NCBI RefSeq assembly: GCF_009914755.1
Contig: NC_060928.1
Length of the DNA: 64,000 nt
Strand: one strand, 5' to 3'
From: the human T2T-CHM13v2.0 reference genome, Homo sapiens
In this document: positions 38,712 through 50,839 of the stretch, in pieces
Numbering within the stretch: the stretch's first letter is position 1
Layout of the letters: the number at the start of each line of letters is the position of its first letter
The notes under the pieces: generated by a model
The model's database searches: none
What the model saw: only the letters and a program-made list of their open reading frames with translations
Told to the model about the DNA's origin: nothing
Program-made: the position numbers and the translations under genes

Positions 38712-40739
38712 CCCAGCTTCTAGTTTTTCAAGCCAGTACGACTGTGAGTTTTCCATCTGAGTAGCTCTGCTTGGGAAGTCTAGAGTCTGCCCCAGGCTAG
38801 TTAGTATGCTGTCTTCTTTCAATAGTCAATCCTGTATAAGTTCTATCTTCTTTGGTTCATTCTATTTTTGCTCACTCTTCAGTGTCTTCAGATAGTTGAT
38901 TTTATAATTTATGTAGAATTTAAAGTTGTTTTATGCCAGAGGGTTGATCAAATAGAACCTTATACCTTACGAGCAGCAGAGTCTCCCTTAACTTTAAATT
39001 TAAAATGTTTTTCTTTAATATTAAACACAAATTCTTATCACAATTATTGGTTCTAATTTTGTTCTTTGATACTTCAAATAACTATACCTAATCACATTGA
39101 ACACGGTGTAATTAATATTTGAAGAAAATCAAGATTTCCTCGCTAAGAATCTTCTTTTCCAGGATAAATTTTAGGTTTTTGTTATATGGTATGACTTCCA
39201 AATATTCCAACTTAGAAAACATTCTTGTATATATGTAGGTGGGAGAACATTCTGTGTGTGAGTCTAAAGAAAGTCTACCCAGAATACTACACAATATCTC
39301 ACATGAAGTCAGATCAGTTCAGAATACAGTGTGCAATAGCTTTATCACACTGAATATGGTGATGACAGATCAGTTTCAATCAGGTCTTATGAAGTGTGCT
39401 TTTGATTCAAACTAAGTGTAATGCATTATATTTTCCAATTTTAGTTACTCCTTAGTAAATTTCTTCATATCTTTGAATTTTTAATATAACAAGAAGAAAA
39501 TCATAATTACAATAGCCACTATTAATTGAAGACCCATAAATTGCTAGGCTCTGGGTAAGGTCACATTCCTCTGTTTCCTTATTTACTTGGTATAACAATT
39601 ATGAAAAATGTTGGGCATTATTTCTATATTTAAAATTACATTGTCTAATTTTAAGTAAAAATAGCTACATAAAGAACACATTCAGTTTTCTGAATAACCA
39701 ATTAAACTTAATTTCCATCAAAATTGAATTTACTTTTAAGATACAAGTAGATAAATCACAAAAATGAAAGATATTTTTTAAACAGTGAGAGTTTATTATT
39801 GTTTCAATGAGTTTATTCAGCTCTGTGAACCAAAATCTGCAAGAAATTTTGCAATGAGTTTATTTTTATTTCAAGCATAGTAATAGGCATTAAACTGTAT
39901 TTGTCTGAAAGCCAAGTGTTTATATGGGTTTTTTTTCCTATAGACGATGCATGTGTTTTCTCTAACAAGGAGAAACCCAGGTGTCATTGGCTCTCTTTTC
40001 ATTGCTTTCCAAAACTTGATCAGTCTCTATCCAACAAAACAAGATTGAGCCCTTGAATAAGCCATCTCACTCAGTCACTCAGAGTAGCTCTTCAGAGAGA
40101 AGAGGGAAAATCCATTTGCTTTTTTAAAGAAAAACAGTTATCTAAGCCCTGATCTGGCTTCTATAGGAGCCTGGAGGAGGAGTTTCAAGCTGCAGCCAGG
40201 CAGGTACTTGATAGACTTCGCATTATTGGATTGACGATTTTTTCTCCCCTGTTACACCCGTATTTGTAAACTGTACAGCACAGTGACTGACAATGTGAAA
40301 GATGAACAATAAGCAGAGATTAGAGAAAGAGATGAAAAGACACTGTGTTGGAAGAGGAAAGCGATCAGCTTTTCATTATTCTATCAGAGCTTCTGCTTTG
40401 TGAGCGATAGATCACTGTCAATCACCAAGAAAGTAGGATGAGAGGAACACAAAAAATCTCATTTAAATAAAGTGTTCAGAGTGTTAACAGGGATTCACAA
40501 TCAGCAAGAGGTGAAGACTTTTCCTGTCACAGCTACTAAAATACTTGTCTTTCTGGTTGATGTAAGATTATGCTAGATGATATGTATGTACACCAGTAAA
40601 CTCTTCTTTGCTTATGAAGTTTATTGTTATTCCAACAAGAGTAAATATATGCGTTACTTACTGATGAGACAAATTGTCCCAGATTATTTCAAGGAAACTT
40701 AGGTCTTTTTAACAAAGTTCCCTTTCCTCTAACTATCAA

Positions 40740-41582
40740 AACCTAAGGAATTAAAACTCAATAATAAAGGACCCATATAGACATTTTTCAAAGAAGACAT
40801 ACAAATGACTGGCAGATATATGGAAAAATGCTCAACATCACTAATCATCAGAGAAATGCAAATCAAAACCACTAGAAAATATCAGCTCATTCCTATTAGA
40901 AAGGCTATTACAAAAAAGACAAAAGATAACAAGTGTTGGTGAGGATGTGGAAAAAAAGACAACCTTTGTACACAGCTGATGCAAATGTAAATTAGTACAG
41001 CTCCTATGGAAAATAGCGTGGAGATTTGTCAGAAAATTAAAAATAGAGCTGCCACAAAATCTAGTAATCCCACTACTGGTTATATATACAAAGGAAGTGA
41101 AATTGCTATGTCAAAGAGTTATCTGTACTGCCATGTTCATTGCAGTATTACTCATAATAACCAAAACATGGAGTTTACTTGAGTGTTCATCAAAAAATGA
41201 ATGAATAAAGAAAATGTGGTTTTATATATCATGTTATATATAAAATATATATATAATTAAATACTATTCAGCCTTGAAACAGAAGAAAATCCTATCATTT
41301 GTGACAACATGGCTGAACTTGAGTGGCATATGTTAAGAGAAATAAGACAGGAACAAAAAGACAAATGCCACGTGATCTCATTTATATGTGAAAATTTAAA
41401 GTCAAACTCACAGAAGCAGAGAATAGAATAGTGGTTGCCAGAAGCTGAGGGTGGGGGAATTGGGAATATGTTGGTGAAGGTATACAAAATTTTAGTTAGA
41501 TAGGAGAAATAAGTTCAAGAAATCTATTAAATATCACAGTGATTATAGTTTATAACAACATATTGTATATCAGAAAATTGAA
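40740..41582 (+). mobile_element. L1MA (MA7/MA8-like) ORF2 end and 3'UTR
   Basis: atagacatttttcaaagaagacatacaaatg, aatgctcaacatcactaatcatcagagaaatgcaaatcaaaaccac and ttagttagataggagaaataagttcaag. Confidence 0.9.
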
Positions 41583-42604
41583 AAAACAACCATCCTTTTA
41601 GATGTCAGAGGAGAAGATACCACTGCTATGTCTTGTGATGTCCATGTTCTCAATGTTGGACAGCATTTGTCACAATAAAGAAGCTTTGGTGTCACTTATT
41701 GAAAATAAAAGAAAAAAACCCTCTGTTTAGTTTCTAGGAGAATATTTAAATAATAACAAAAAGTTTTGAAATTTTCTATTGTAACATAAAAATGAAAGAT
41801 TGACCAGAGTTCAGGCTTGGTCAAAGTCATTCTTCTTAAATAGAAAGAATGCACTAATTCCAAAAAATTTGTGAAATTTTATTTTGGATTTAAATTTCTA
41901 AATTTTTCATATTATTTTTATTCCAAGAACACAAGTGAGATCACTTGAAGTTCATAGTAATCATGTTAGAAATCAAGATGAAAAGTTGGATTATAGGCAG
42001 TTTTTCAAAAAATCTGATATTTGCTTTCTGCTCTGTAAATCTCTAAAACATTGTTCCATATGACAGCTGCCAAAAAGGGGTTTAGAGATGGGAGGTTCTT
42101 AGAGCCAGAACACATAGACATAGTCATCTATCTTTTATTAAAGACTTTGGCCAATCTTGAAGCTATATTACTGAATATAGATTAAACTTTCTGCTGGCTT
42201 CTTAACTCCATGAAAGCATGAAGTGCATTTATATTGCTTATTCCATAGATTTTTATGGCAAATGTAAATGACAGGAGCGGACTCTTGAGATAATTGACAC
42301 AATGCTGAGGAAAAATTTAATCATATACTTCCATTAAGGTAATAAGATTATAAATGCAGTTAGCATAGTTCGTGGTACATAGTAAGTATCCAATTAATGT
42401 GACTTTGTTATTTTTTTTTCCTGCTTTGAACATGAATAATCTAAGAACTCACTCACTTATGAGAGCTGACAACTGCTAATCTCTCTCTGTTTCTCAAGAT
42501 AAGTTGGGTCTTCTTCCTGCTATGAGAAATAATGTCCTACCTTTTTCAATGTCGTTTTTGATGGTGTGTGGAAGATGTGTAGAATGAATTTTACTGTGAA
42601 TATA

Positions 42605-43014
42605 CAGTTGACCCTTGAACAATGAGGGGCTTGGGGCACCAGCACCATGTGCAGTCAAAAATCTGAGTAAAACTTTTGCCTCCCCATAAACTTAACTACT
42701 AATTGCCTAGCGTTGATCAGAAGCCTCACTGATGACACAAACAGTTGATTAGTACAAACATTTTCTCTTTCTTCTGATTTTTTTAAGCTAGAGGAAAGAG
42801 AATGTTATTTAGAAAATCAGAAGAAAGAGAAAATATATATACCATTAAGTGGAAATGGATCATCATAGAGGTCATCATCTTTGCTGTCTTCATGTTGACC
42901 AGGCTGAGGAGGAAGAAGAGGGGTCCTGCTATCTCAGGGGTGGCAGAGGAGGAAGAAAATCCATGTATAAGTGGATCCACACAGTTCAAACCTATGTTGC
43001 TCAAGGGTCAACTA
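42605..43014 (-). mobile_element. Tigger2a (MER28) DNA transposon
   Basis: TIRs cagttgacccttgaacaa / ttgctcaagggtcaacta with TA on both sides. The internal sequence matches the recalled Tigger2a consensus in reverse. Confidence 0.9.
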
Positions 43015-43416
43015 TATTCTTAAATAGGTGTTTTAATGAAAAAAATATGTCTCTCATATACATCCCAGAAAAGCTCATTTGAATACAAACAGATGTTTTA
43101 AGTCAAAAATGCTTCATTTCTTTTCTCTGTTCTTATTATATTAAGAAGAAGACTACTTCTGATGCTTAGCTCCAACCCTCTCAAAAATATCGGCAATCCC
43201 CTAAATTACATAGAAAATTAACATAGATCATACTCCAAAGTCTTCTGTGTCTTTCTGTTATTTTGTAATGAGCTCTACTTTTGAATAAGAAGCACACTGA
43301 AAAGAAGATAAACCAGGCTACTGAAGAGTCCCTCACATCTGTTCACATGTGCTCCAGCTAGTTTCCCATCATCCTTCTCCTCACACATGCTCATAGTCAC
43401 AACCGATAGTAAATTC

Positions 43417-43499
43417 AAGACAATAAAGATGACGACCTCTATGATGATCCATTTCTACTTAACGGTAAATATATTTTCTCTTTCTTGTGATTTTCTAAA
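43417..43499 (+). repeat. 83-bp inverted copy of part of the adjacent Tigger2a (42808-42890)
   Basis: 76/83 identity by manual alignment to the reverse complement of 42808-42890; no TIRs. Confidence 0.9.
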
Positions 43500-43906
43500 A
43501 ACTTACTGAGAGTTATTAGTAAAATGTAAGACAGTTGTTTTTGCCTTTCAAGAAATAAGTCATGGACATGTTGTAAGTACCAAAAATTATGATGAGCCTC
43601 ATAATATATTCTGGCCTAGTATATGAAGATTGTGATTGAGTTCATATGACATTTCTGGAATCATATTTTTGTTTCTGTGTTCTACTTCAGTATAGCTACA
43701 TAGCTATTGATTAAGTGTGAACAACATAAATAATGTTAATTTTAATAGAGAAGTCAGTGCTAAATACTCTACACCACGTCTAGATGTCTATCATTTCTTA
43801 TAAAACCAGTCATCCGTGTCAAATAATTATCTAAGTTTGTTGAGGCTCATCTTGTTAAAGGTTCACTCTGGGAGAAGATGGAATTTTAAAAAGAAGAAAT
43901 ACAGGC

Positions 43907-44285
<379 letters not shown>

Positions 44286-45818
44286 TTATATATTAGACTA
44301 AAAAGAAAAAAAAAAGTCTGACTTCAGTATAGCTACATTACTAGGTTATAGCTAGTATAGCTAGGTTAGCATAGCTAGGACATTTACTCTGAATTACAGA
44401 AATATCATCTTTAAATAAGACTCAGAAGAGATGCACAGTAAATAATAACAACTAATTCTTAATGAACAATTACTATGTGGAAGATTCTCTGCTAAGCAAT
44501 TTGGCTTCTGCTACGAGACCTGAGAGAAATGGTAGCTTCCCTCAACTTATACTCCGTTGTCAACTAGTACGTGAGTCATTGTAGTCATTAATTCATCAAA
44601 AAGAAATTTGTTTTTTTCTATTTTAGTTACTGTGCTTTCTTCCCACCTATGACAGTGCCTGGCTCAAGAAGACACTCAACAAATACTAGAAATATCATCT
44701 AAAGCAGTCCAAAGCCCTTAAAGTTAGAAATTACAAGAGAGCAAAGATGTGAATATCATTTTGAGAATTATATGTCTGATAATAGCATTTCTTCTTGTAA
44801 TACAAGATATCATTTATAAAATGTGTACTATGACTAATATATGAATGTATGAAATAGATCTTTTTTATTCCCATTTCTTAAATTGAAATATAATCTCAGG
44901 AAGCTCAAGTTGCTCAAGGTCACACAGGTAATAAGTCTCAGAATAAAAATTTGAGCTGAGGAAATTTGGCTCCAAAATCCACCTTCTTAACCATTAAGTC
45001 ATGCTGCTTTGCTACATAGATTGACTATGAGCTTATAAACTAAATGTAAATAAGGAGATTTATAAATGTTTTATTGTTAATTATTGTTGAAAATTTGTAT
45101 TTAGTGAAACGTACATCCAAAAATGTCTTAGTTCTTATTTGATTCTTAAGAAAATACTTAGGAAATAAGAAAACGTGTCTCAAACAATAAGGTATCTTCT
45201 CGTTTTCAAAAGTCTTTGAATTTCAAGAACATGTTTGGATGTGGTTTTAATTTTCATAAAGCTATTTCAAACTCAAGTTTATGTGTATGAAACAATCCCA
45301 CAAAATCAAATTAAGATATGAAAAATAAATAGATATTTATTAGCTATTTAAAACATTTTGTCAATGTAGCTGATCATTTCTCAAACTGGACTTCAGTACC
45401 TATGAGGAATGATGGTGGCTGAGTCCTGGAATATGGAAGAATGAAGTTTGTTAGGTTCATCTACTTCCTCTGTTTTGCTATCAGACTGTTCTACTTTTAA
45501 TAATGTTTAGAGTGAAGAAACTTAAACTCAGTAAAATATTAATTAGAGAGGAGGGAGCTGCAATCAATTTTTACAACTTCAACAATTATTCACATGTGCA
45601 ACAGAGTAAATCAGGTTGATCTACTGGCATTTCAAAACTTTGTCCTACTTTGTCCTTACGTTCCTAATCACATAACAATTGCCAAAAATTTGACTTTAAC
45701 TCTTCCTCACTGGGGGTTTCAAAAAGTCTAATGTAGGCCGGGCATGGTTTACAACATAGGGTGCAAAGTCTTGGGAGGAAGTGACGTGGAGTGGAGACAG
45801 AGGCCAACATAAAAGAGT

Positions 45819-45904
45819 TAATAATATAGGTGATATAAGTTAGGTTTATCTAATATATATATTAGATATATATATATCTAATAATATAGGTGATATAAGT
45901 TAGG
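45819..45904. repeat. 26-bp direct repeats enclosing two overlapping perfect palindromes
   Basis: taataatataggtgatataagttagg at 45819-45844 and 45879-45904. Palindromes at 45847-45868 (22 bp) and 45860-45883 (24 bp). Confidence 0.9.
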
Positions 45905-48421
45905 CAGAGGAAGGGTGTCACTTCTTTAGAATTTCTTGTTTGTTTATATTTTTTAAGTAAATAACATTATTTAGCCCTATTAAATAAAAATATTTCCATT
46001 TAAAAATAGTTTGTATGCAAGTAGTAAATTTATAATTTTCTAGGAATAAAGTTTGAAAATACTGCACATATAATTTGCCTACCTGTGCTATTAATAGATT
46101 GTAATAAAAAGGAAAATTTGAAAACAAAAACAATAAAAGAACAGCAGCTCATTTACATAGAATCTCTGAGCTGTTCAAGTCAATTTTCTTTTGCCTTTTG
46201 GCAAATGTTTTTCATCGGCTTCAGATGTAGAATGCATTTGTATTGGCTACAATAGCTCTCTAATAGCTGAAGATGCAGCATGAGTCCAAAGTCTAATAGC
46301 AACCTTAAAATAAATCACTTTTACACCATGTAATAAGGCAAAGCCATTTTACTAATGGATCACAAAGAGGGTATGAACATGACACAAATGTTAGTCTAAA
46401 TTGAATATGGTGAACACTATTACTTCTGTAGACTTCACTGCTAATGCCTGTATAAGCTCTTCAACAGACTGGATTATCAGACTTTTTTTTAAATGTTCAA
46501 AATGGATGTTCTTACGTGGCTTAATTTAAATTGTAGAACTGATAATGTTTGTGTCCCAAAAGTTCATACTAAAAGATCTCTTATATTTTTCTTATCTTCT
46601 GTATTTTCAAAGGATATTTCTGAATAGATCCTTTTATTTAGAAGTCGTTATTGATTACAAAATAAAAACCCAGGAGACACACACGTATACCCTAAAACCA
46701 ATTCCAAAAGCCCAGACAATGCCTGGTGGAGTATAAATGACATTCTTTGAAATTGCTTATGTACACAGACATACAAGTGCACTTAGTAGATGTAATTACA
46801 GCTTTTACAACAGTCTAATTAAACAGCACATCCATCATATATATTGTCTGTATTGCTAAGAATTGGATAAATCACTTTGAAGCAAAGCAAGCAGTGAGTT
46901 GCTTCTTCCTCCCCACCTGCTGTTACTAACTGTAAACAAGCAGCAGCCACGGGGAGAAAACAATCTTTCATATCAGAAAGTGATAAATGATATGATTTCC
47001 TGTTCTCAGTGCTTCTTGGCTGAGACCAAAAAAAATCTATATGTGCACTGTAATTATTGCACATTATTTACTTGGAAATGAAATTTATCCTGTGATGTGA
47101 ATCAACACCGTTATTTTTCTATTTAGACAAAAGAGAAAGATAATTTTTCCCAAGATGATAAAGTAGTGACTATGCAGAAGGGGTGTGCCTGACAAACAAA
47201 CTAAATTAATTTCAAATGATAACTTCCATCAAATGCATGATTGGCTCTTTCTTTGTGGCACAATTTTTCTATAATTTAAATGAAAGGAAAAGAGAGTTTA
47301 GTATTCACATTTTAAAATCAATACAGTCTTGATTTTCATGTTGGGCTTACTTAAATGTTGGAAATTTGAAAAGAATTGACTCATTAGGAAGAAGAACTAG
47401 TATATTGATAAGTGACTTCAGATCATTGTTGAGAAAACTTAAAATCAGCCTTATGAGCTCACCGTAAGGTTACCAAGTTACACAGTCCTAAGGTGTCCAG
47501 TTGTCTAGATGTTAAGGGGAGAAAGTCAAAGGATTGGTGAAGAGTAAAGAACGGCATAAACATTACTTTTCTTAGAGAAATTTGAAAAGCCATCACCATT
47601 TTAGGGACTTACTGAAAAGTAGAAAGTAATGAGATAGGGGTTTTCTTACTTATTGAAGGTAAAACCTGATTCCTTCTTTTCTTTTATGAGAAAAACTGAA
47701 AACAAAGAAAAAAACTTGGTCTTTCAAATCGGTAACATAGTGAAAAGCATCAGTGGGAAGGACAAGCATTGAAAGGCCATCATTTCTTACTCCACGGAAA
47801 AGCGTTCCTTGGCAACCGCATGGGAAGGAAAAGTATGCCTTTCTGCTCACTGACTTCTGACTATTCACTGAATTTATCCACTTCATTAAAATCCCAGAAT
47901 TATTACTAGTCAAACACGGCTTTATAAATTACTTAAGATGACCCAAAGAAATGATTTCACAATGCTTTCCTCTGGGTGAACACCAGAAAAGAAATCAGCT
48001 TACAGTCAGAAGAGGCAACACCTGTGTGGCAACTGTTTCCACAGTTTCATCAAACTTCCTGAGCACCAGTTGGTGGTCCCTTCAATGCCTGCTCATGGAA
48101 GGAAAGCCCAGGCATGACTAAACAGCAGTGGAAAAGCCACATGGACAGAGCTAGGACTCCACCCACTCTTTTGGATTATTTCTTTGTTTTCTGTTCCTGG
48201 GAACTGAAGAGATGGAAAGGTGTAGGGAAGGAGAGAATGGTTAAGAATCATTGAGTTCTACAAATTCATTCACTTCAATTCTTAAAATTATTTCTGGCTC
48301 AGCCAAGAAAAAGCAATTTTTAGTCTTTGCTTTTTCTACCCTGTATTATTCAGTTGGAGCAAAGTGCCAGATACATAGTCAAACAAGAAGGAAGCAATTC
48401 AGTAGAAATTTGACAATACAG

Positions 48422-48540
48422 GGCCGGGGCGGTGGCTCACACCTCTAATCCCAGCACTTTGGGAGGCCGAGGCGGGTGGATTGCCTGAGGTCAGGGGTTC
48501 AAGACCAGCCTGGCCAACATAGTTAAACCCCATCTCTACT
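48422..48540 (+). mobile_element. AluS left portion (host of the HERV-H insertion)
   Basis: ggccggggcggtggctcac ... aaaccccatctctact, cut just before the mid A-rich linker. Left TSD agaaatttgacaat at 48404-48417. Confidence 0.95.
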
Positions 48541-48941
48541 TGTCAGGCCTCTGAGCCCAAGCTAAGCCATCATATCCCTTGTGACCTGCACGTACACATC
48601 CAGATGGCCAGTTCCTGCCTTAACTGATGACATTCCACCACAAAAGAAATGAAAATAGCCTGTTCCTGCCTTAACTGATGGCGTTATCTTGTGAAATTCC
48701 TTCTCCTGGCTCATCCTGGCTCAAAAGCTCCCCTACTGAGCACCTTGTGACCTCCACTCCTGCCTGCCAGAGAACAACCCCCCTTTTTCCTTTACCTACC
48801 CAAATCCTATAAAACGGCCCCACCCCATCTCCCTTCACTAACTCTTTTCAGACTCAGCCCACCTGCACCCAGGTGAAATAAACAGTTTTATTGCTCACAC
48901 AAAGCCTGTTTGCTGGTCTCTTCACAAGGATGGAAGTGAAA
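48541..48941 (+). promoter_or_regulatory. HERV-H 5' LTR (LTR7)
   Basis: TGTCAGGCCTCTGAGCCCAAGC start, duplicated ttcctgccttaactgatg block, ACAAAAGA at 48640-48647, TATAAAA at 48808-48814, GCCCCACCC at 48817-48825, AATAAA at 48877-48882. Confidence 0.97.
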
Positions 48942-48943
48942 TT

Positions 48944-48961
48944 TGGTGCAGTGACTCGGAT
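48944..48961 (+). other. Primer-binding site complementary to tRNA-His
   Basis: TGGTGCAGTGACTCGGAT, one mismatch from the HERV-H PBS TGGTGCCGTGACTCGGAT, immediately after the 5' LTR. Confidence 0.93.
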
Positions 48962-49084
48962 CGGGGGACCTCCCTTGGGAGATCAATCCCCTGTCCTCCT
49001 GCTCTTTGCTCCATGAGAAAGATCCACCTACGACCTCTGGTCCTCAGACCAACCAGCCCAAGGAACATCTCACCAATTTTAAAT

Positions 49085-49093
49085 CAGGTAAGC
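49085..49093 (+). promoter_or_regulatory. HERV-H major splice donor
   Basis: CAG|GTAAGC with the junction at 49087/49088, about 150 nt after the 5' LTR where the HERV-H leader donor lies. Confidence 0.8.
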
Positions 49094-49602
49094 GGCCTCT
49101 TTTTACTCTCTTCTCCAACCTCTCTCACTATCCCTCAACCTCTTTCTCCTTTCAATCTTGGCGCCACACTTCAATCTCTCCCTTCTCTTAATTTCAATTC
49201 CTTTCATTTTCTGGTAGAGACAAAGGAGACACATTTTATCCGTGGACCCAAAACTCCAGCGCCGGTCACGGACTGGGAAGGCAGCCTTCCCTTGGTGTTT
49301 AATCATTGCAGGGACGACTCTCTGATTATTTACCCAGGTTTCAGAGGTGTCAGACCACGCAGGGACACCTGCCTTGGTCCTTCACCCTTAGCAGCAAGTC
49401 CCGCTTTTCTGGGGTAGGGGCAGGAACCCCGGCCACTTATCTCTGCACCCCAATCTCTTATTTCCACACCCCGACCTCTTATCTCTGAGCCCTGATCCCT
49501 ATTTCCATGCCCCGACCCCTTATCTGCTTTTCTGGAGGGCAAGAACCCCCCACGCCTTCTCCGTGTCTCTAGTCTCTTTTCTCTGGGCTTGCCTCCTTCA
49601 CT

Positions 49603-50839
49603 ATGGGCAAGATTCCACCTTCCATTCCTCCTTCTTCTCCCTTAGCCTATGTTCTTAAGAACTTAAAACCTCTTCAACTCTCACCTGACCTAAAATCTAA
49701 GTGTCTTTTTTCTTCTGCAATGCCACTTGACCCCAATACAAACCTGACAGTTGTTCCAAATAGCCAGAAAACGGCACTTTCAATTGTTCTATCCTACAAG
49801 ATCTAAATAATTCTTGTTGTCAAATAGGCAAACGGTCTGAGGTGCCTGACGTCCAGGCATTCTTTTACACATCGGTCCCTCCCTAGTCTCTGTTCCCAAT
49901 GTAACTCATCCCAAATCTTCCTTCTTTCCCTCCCACCAGTCCCCTCAGTCCCAACCCCAAGCTTCACTGAGTCTTTCTAATCTTCCTTTTCTACAGACCC
50001 ATCTGACCTCTCCTCTCCTCGCCAGGCCGAGCTAGGTCCTAATTCTTCCTTGGCCTCCTCTCCTCCACCCTATAATCCTTCTATCACCTCCCTTCCTCAC
50101 ACCCCGTCCGGCTTTCAGTTTTGTTCTGTGACTAGCCCTCCCCCACCTGCCCAGCAATTTACTCTTAAAAAGGTGGCTGGAGCTAAAGGCATAGTCAAGG
50201 TTAATGCTCCTTTTTCTTTATCCCAAATCAGATAGCATTTAGGCTCTTATTCATCAAATATAAAAATCCAGCCCAGTTCATGACTCATTTGGCAGCAACC
50301 CTGAGACACTTGACAGCCCTAGACCCTAAAAGGTCAAAAGGCCGTCTTATTCTCAATATACATTTTATTACCCAATCTGCTCCCAACATTAAATAAAACT
50401 CCAAAATTTAAATTCCAGCCCTCAAACCGCACAACAGGATTTAATTAACCTCACCTTCAAGGTGTACAATAATAGAGTAGAGGCAGCCAAGTAGCAACAT
50501 ATTTCTGAGTTGCAATTCCTTGCCTCCACTGTGAGACAAACCCCAGCCACATCTCCAGTACACAAGAACTTCCAAATGCCTAAACCGCAGTGGCCACACA
50601 TTCCTCCAGAACCACCTCCCCCAGGAGCTTGCTACAAGTGCCAGAAATCTGGCCACCAGGCCAAGGAATGCCCGCAGCCCGGGATTCCTCCTAAGCCATG
50701 TCCCATCTGTGTGGGACCCCACTGGAAATCGGACTGTTCAACTCACCTGGCAGCCACTCCCAGAGCCCCTGGAACTCTGGCCCAAGGCTCTCTGACTGAC
50801 TCCTTCCCAGATCTTCTCGGCTTAGCGGCTGAAGACTGA
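49603..50839 (+). pseudogene. gag: HERV-H gag remnant (frameshifted, deleted)
   Basis: MGKIPPSIPPSSPLAYVLKNL matrix-like start. Nucleocapsid knuckles [14 protein letters not shown] and [13 protein letters not shown] at 50630-50737. Ends LLGLAAED then TGA. Confidence 0.85.

Noticed and set aside
48944-48961. tRNA-His-like sequence as a tRNA gene
   Set aside because: It is only the 18-nt retroviral primer-binding site.
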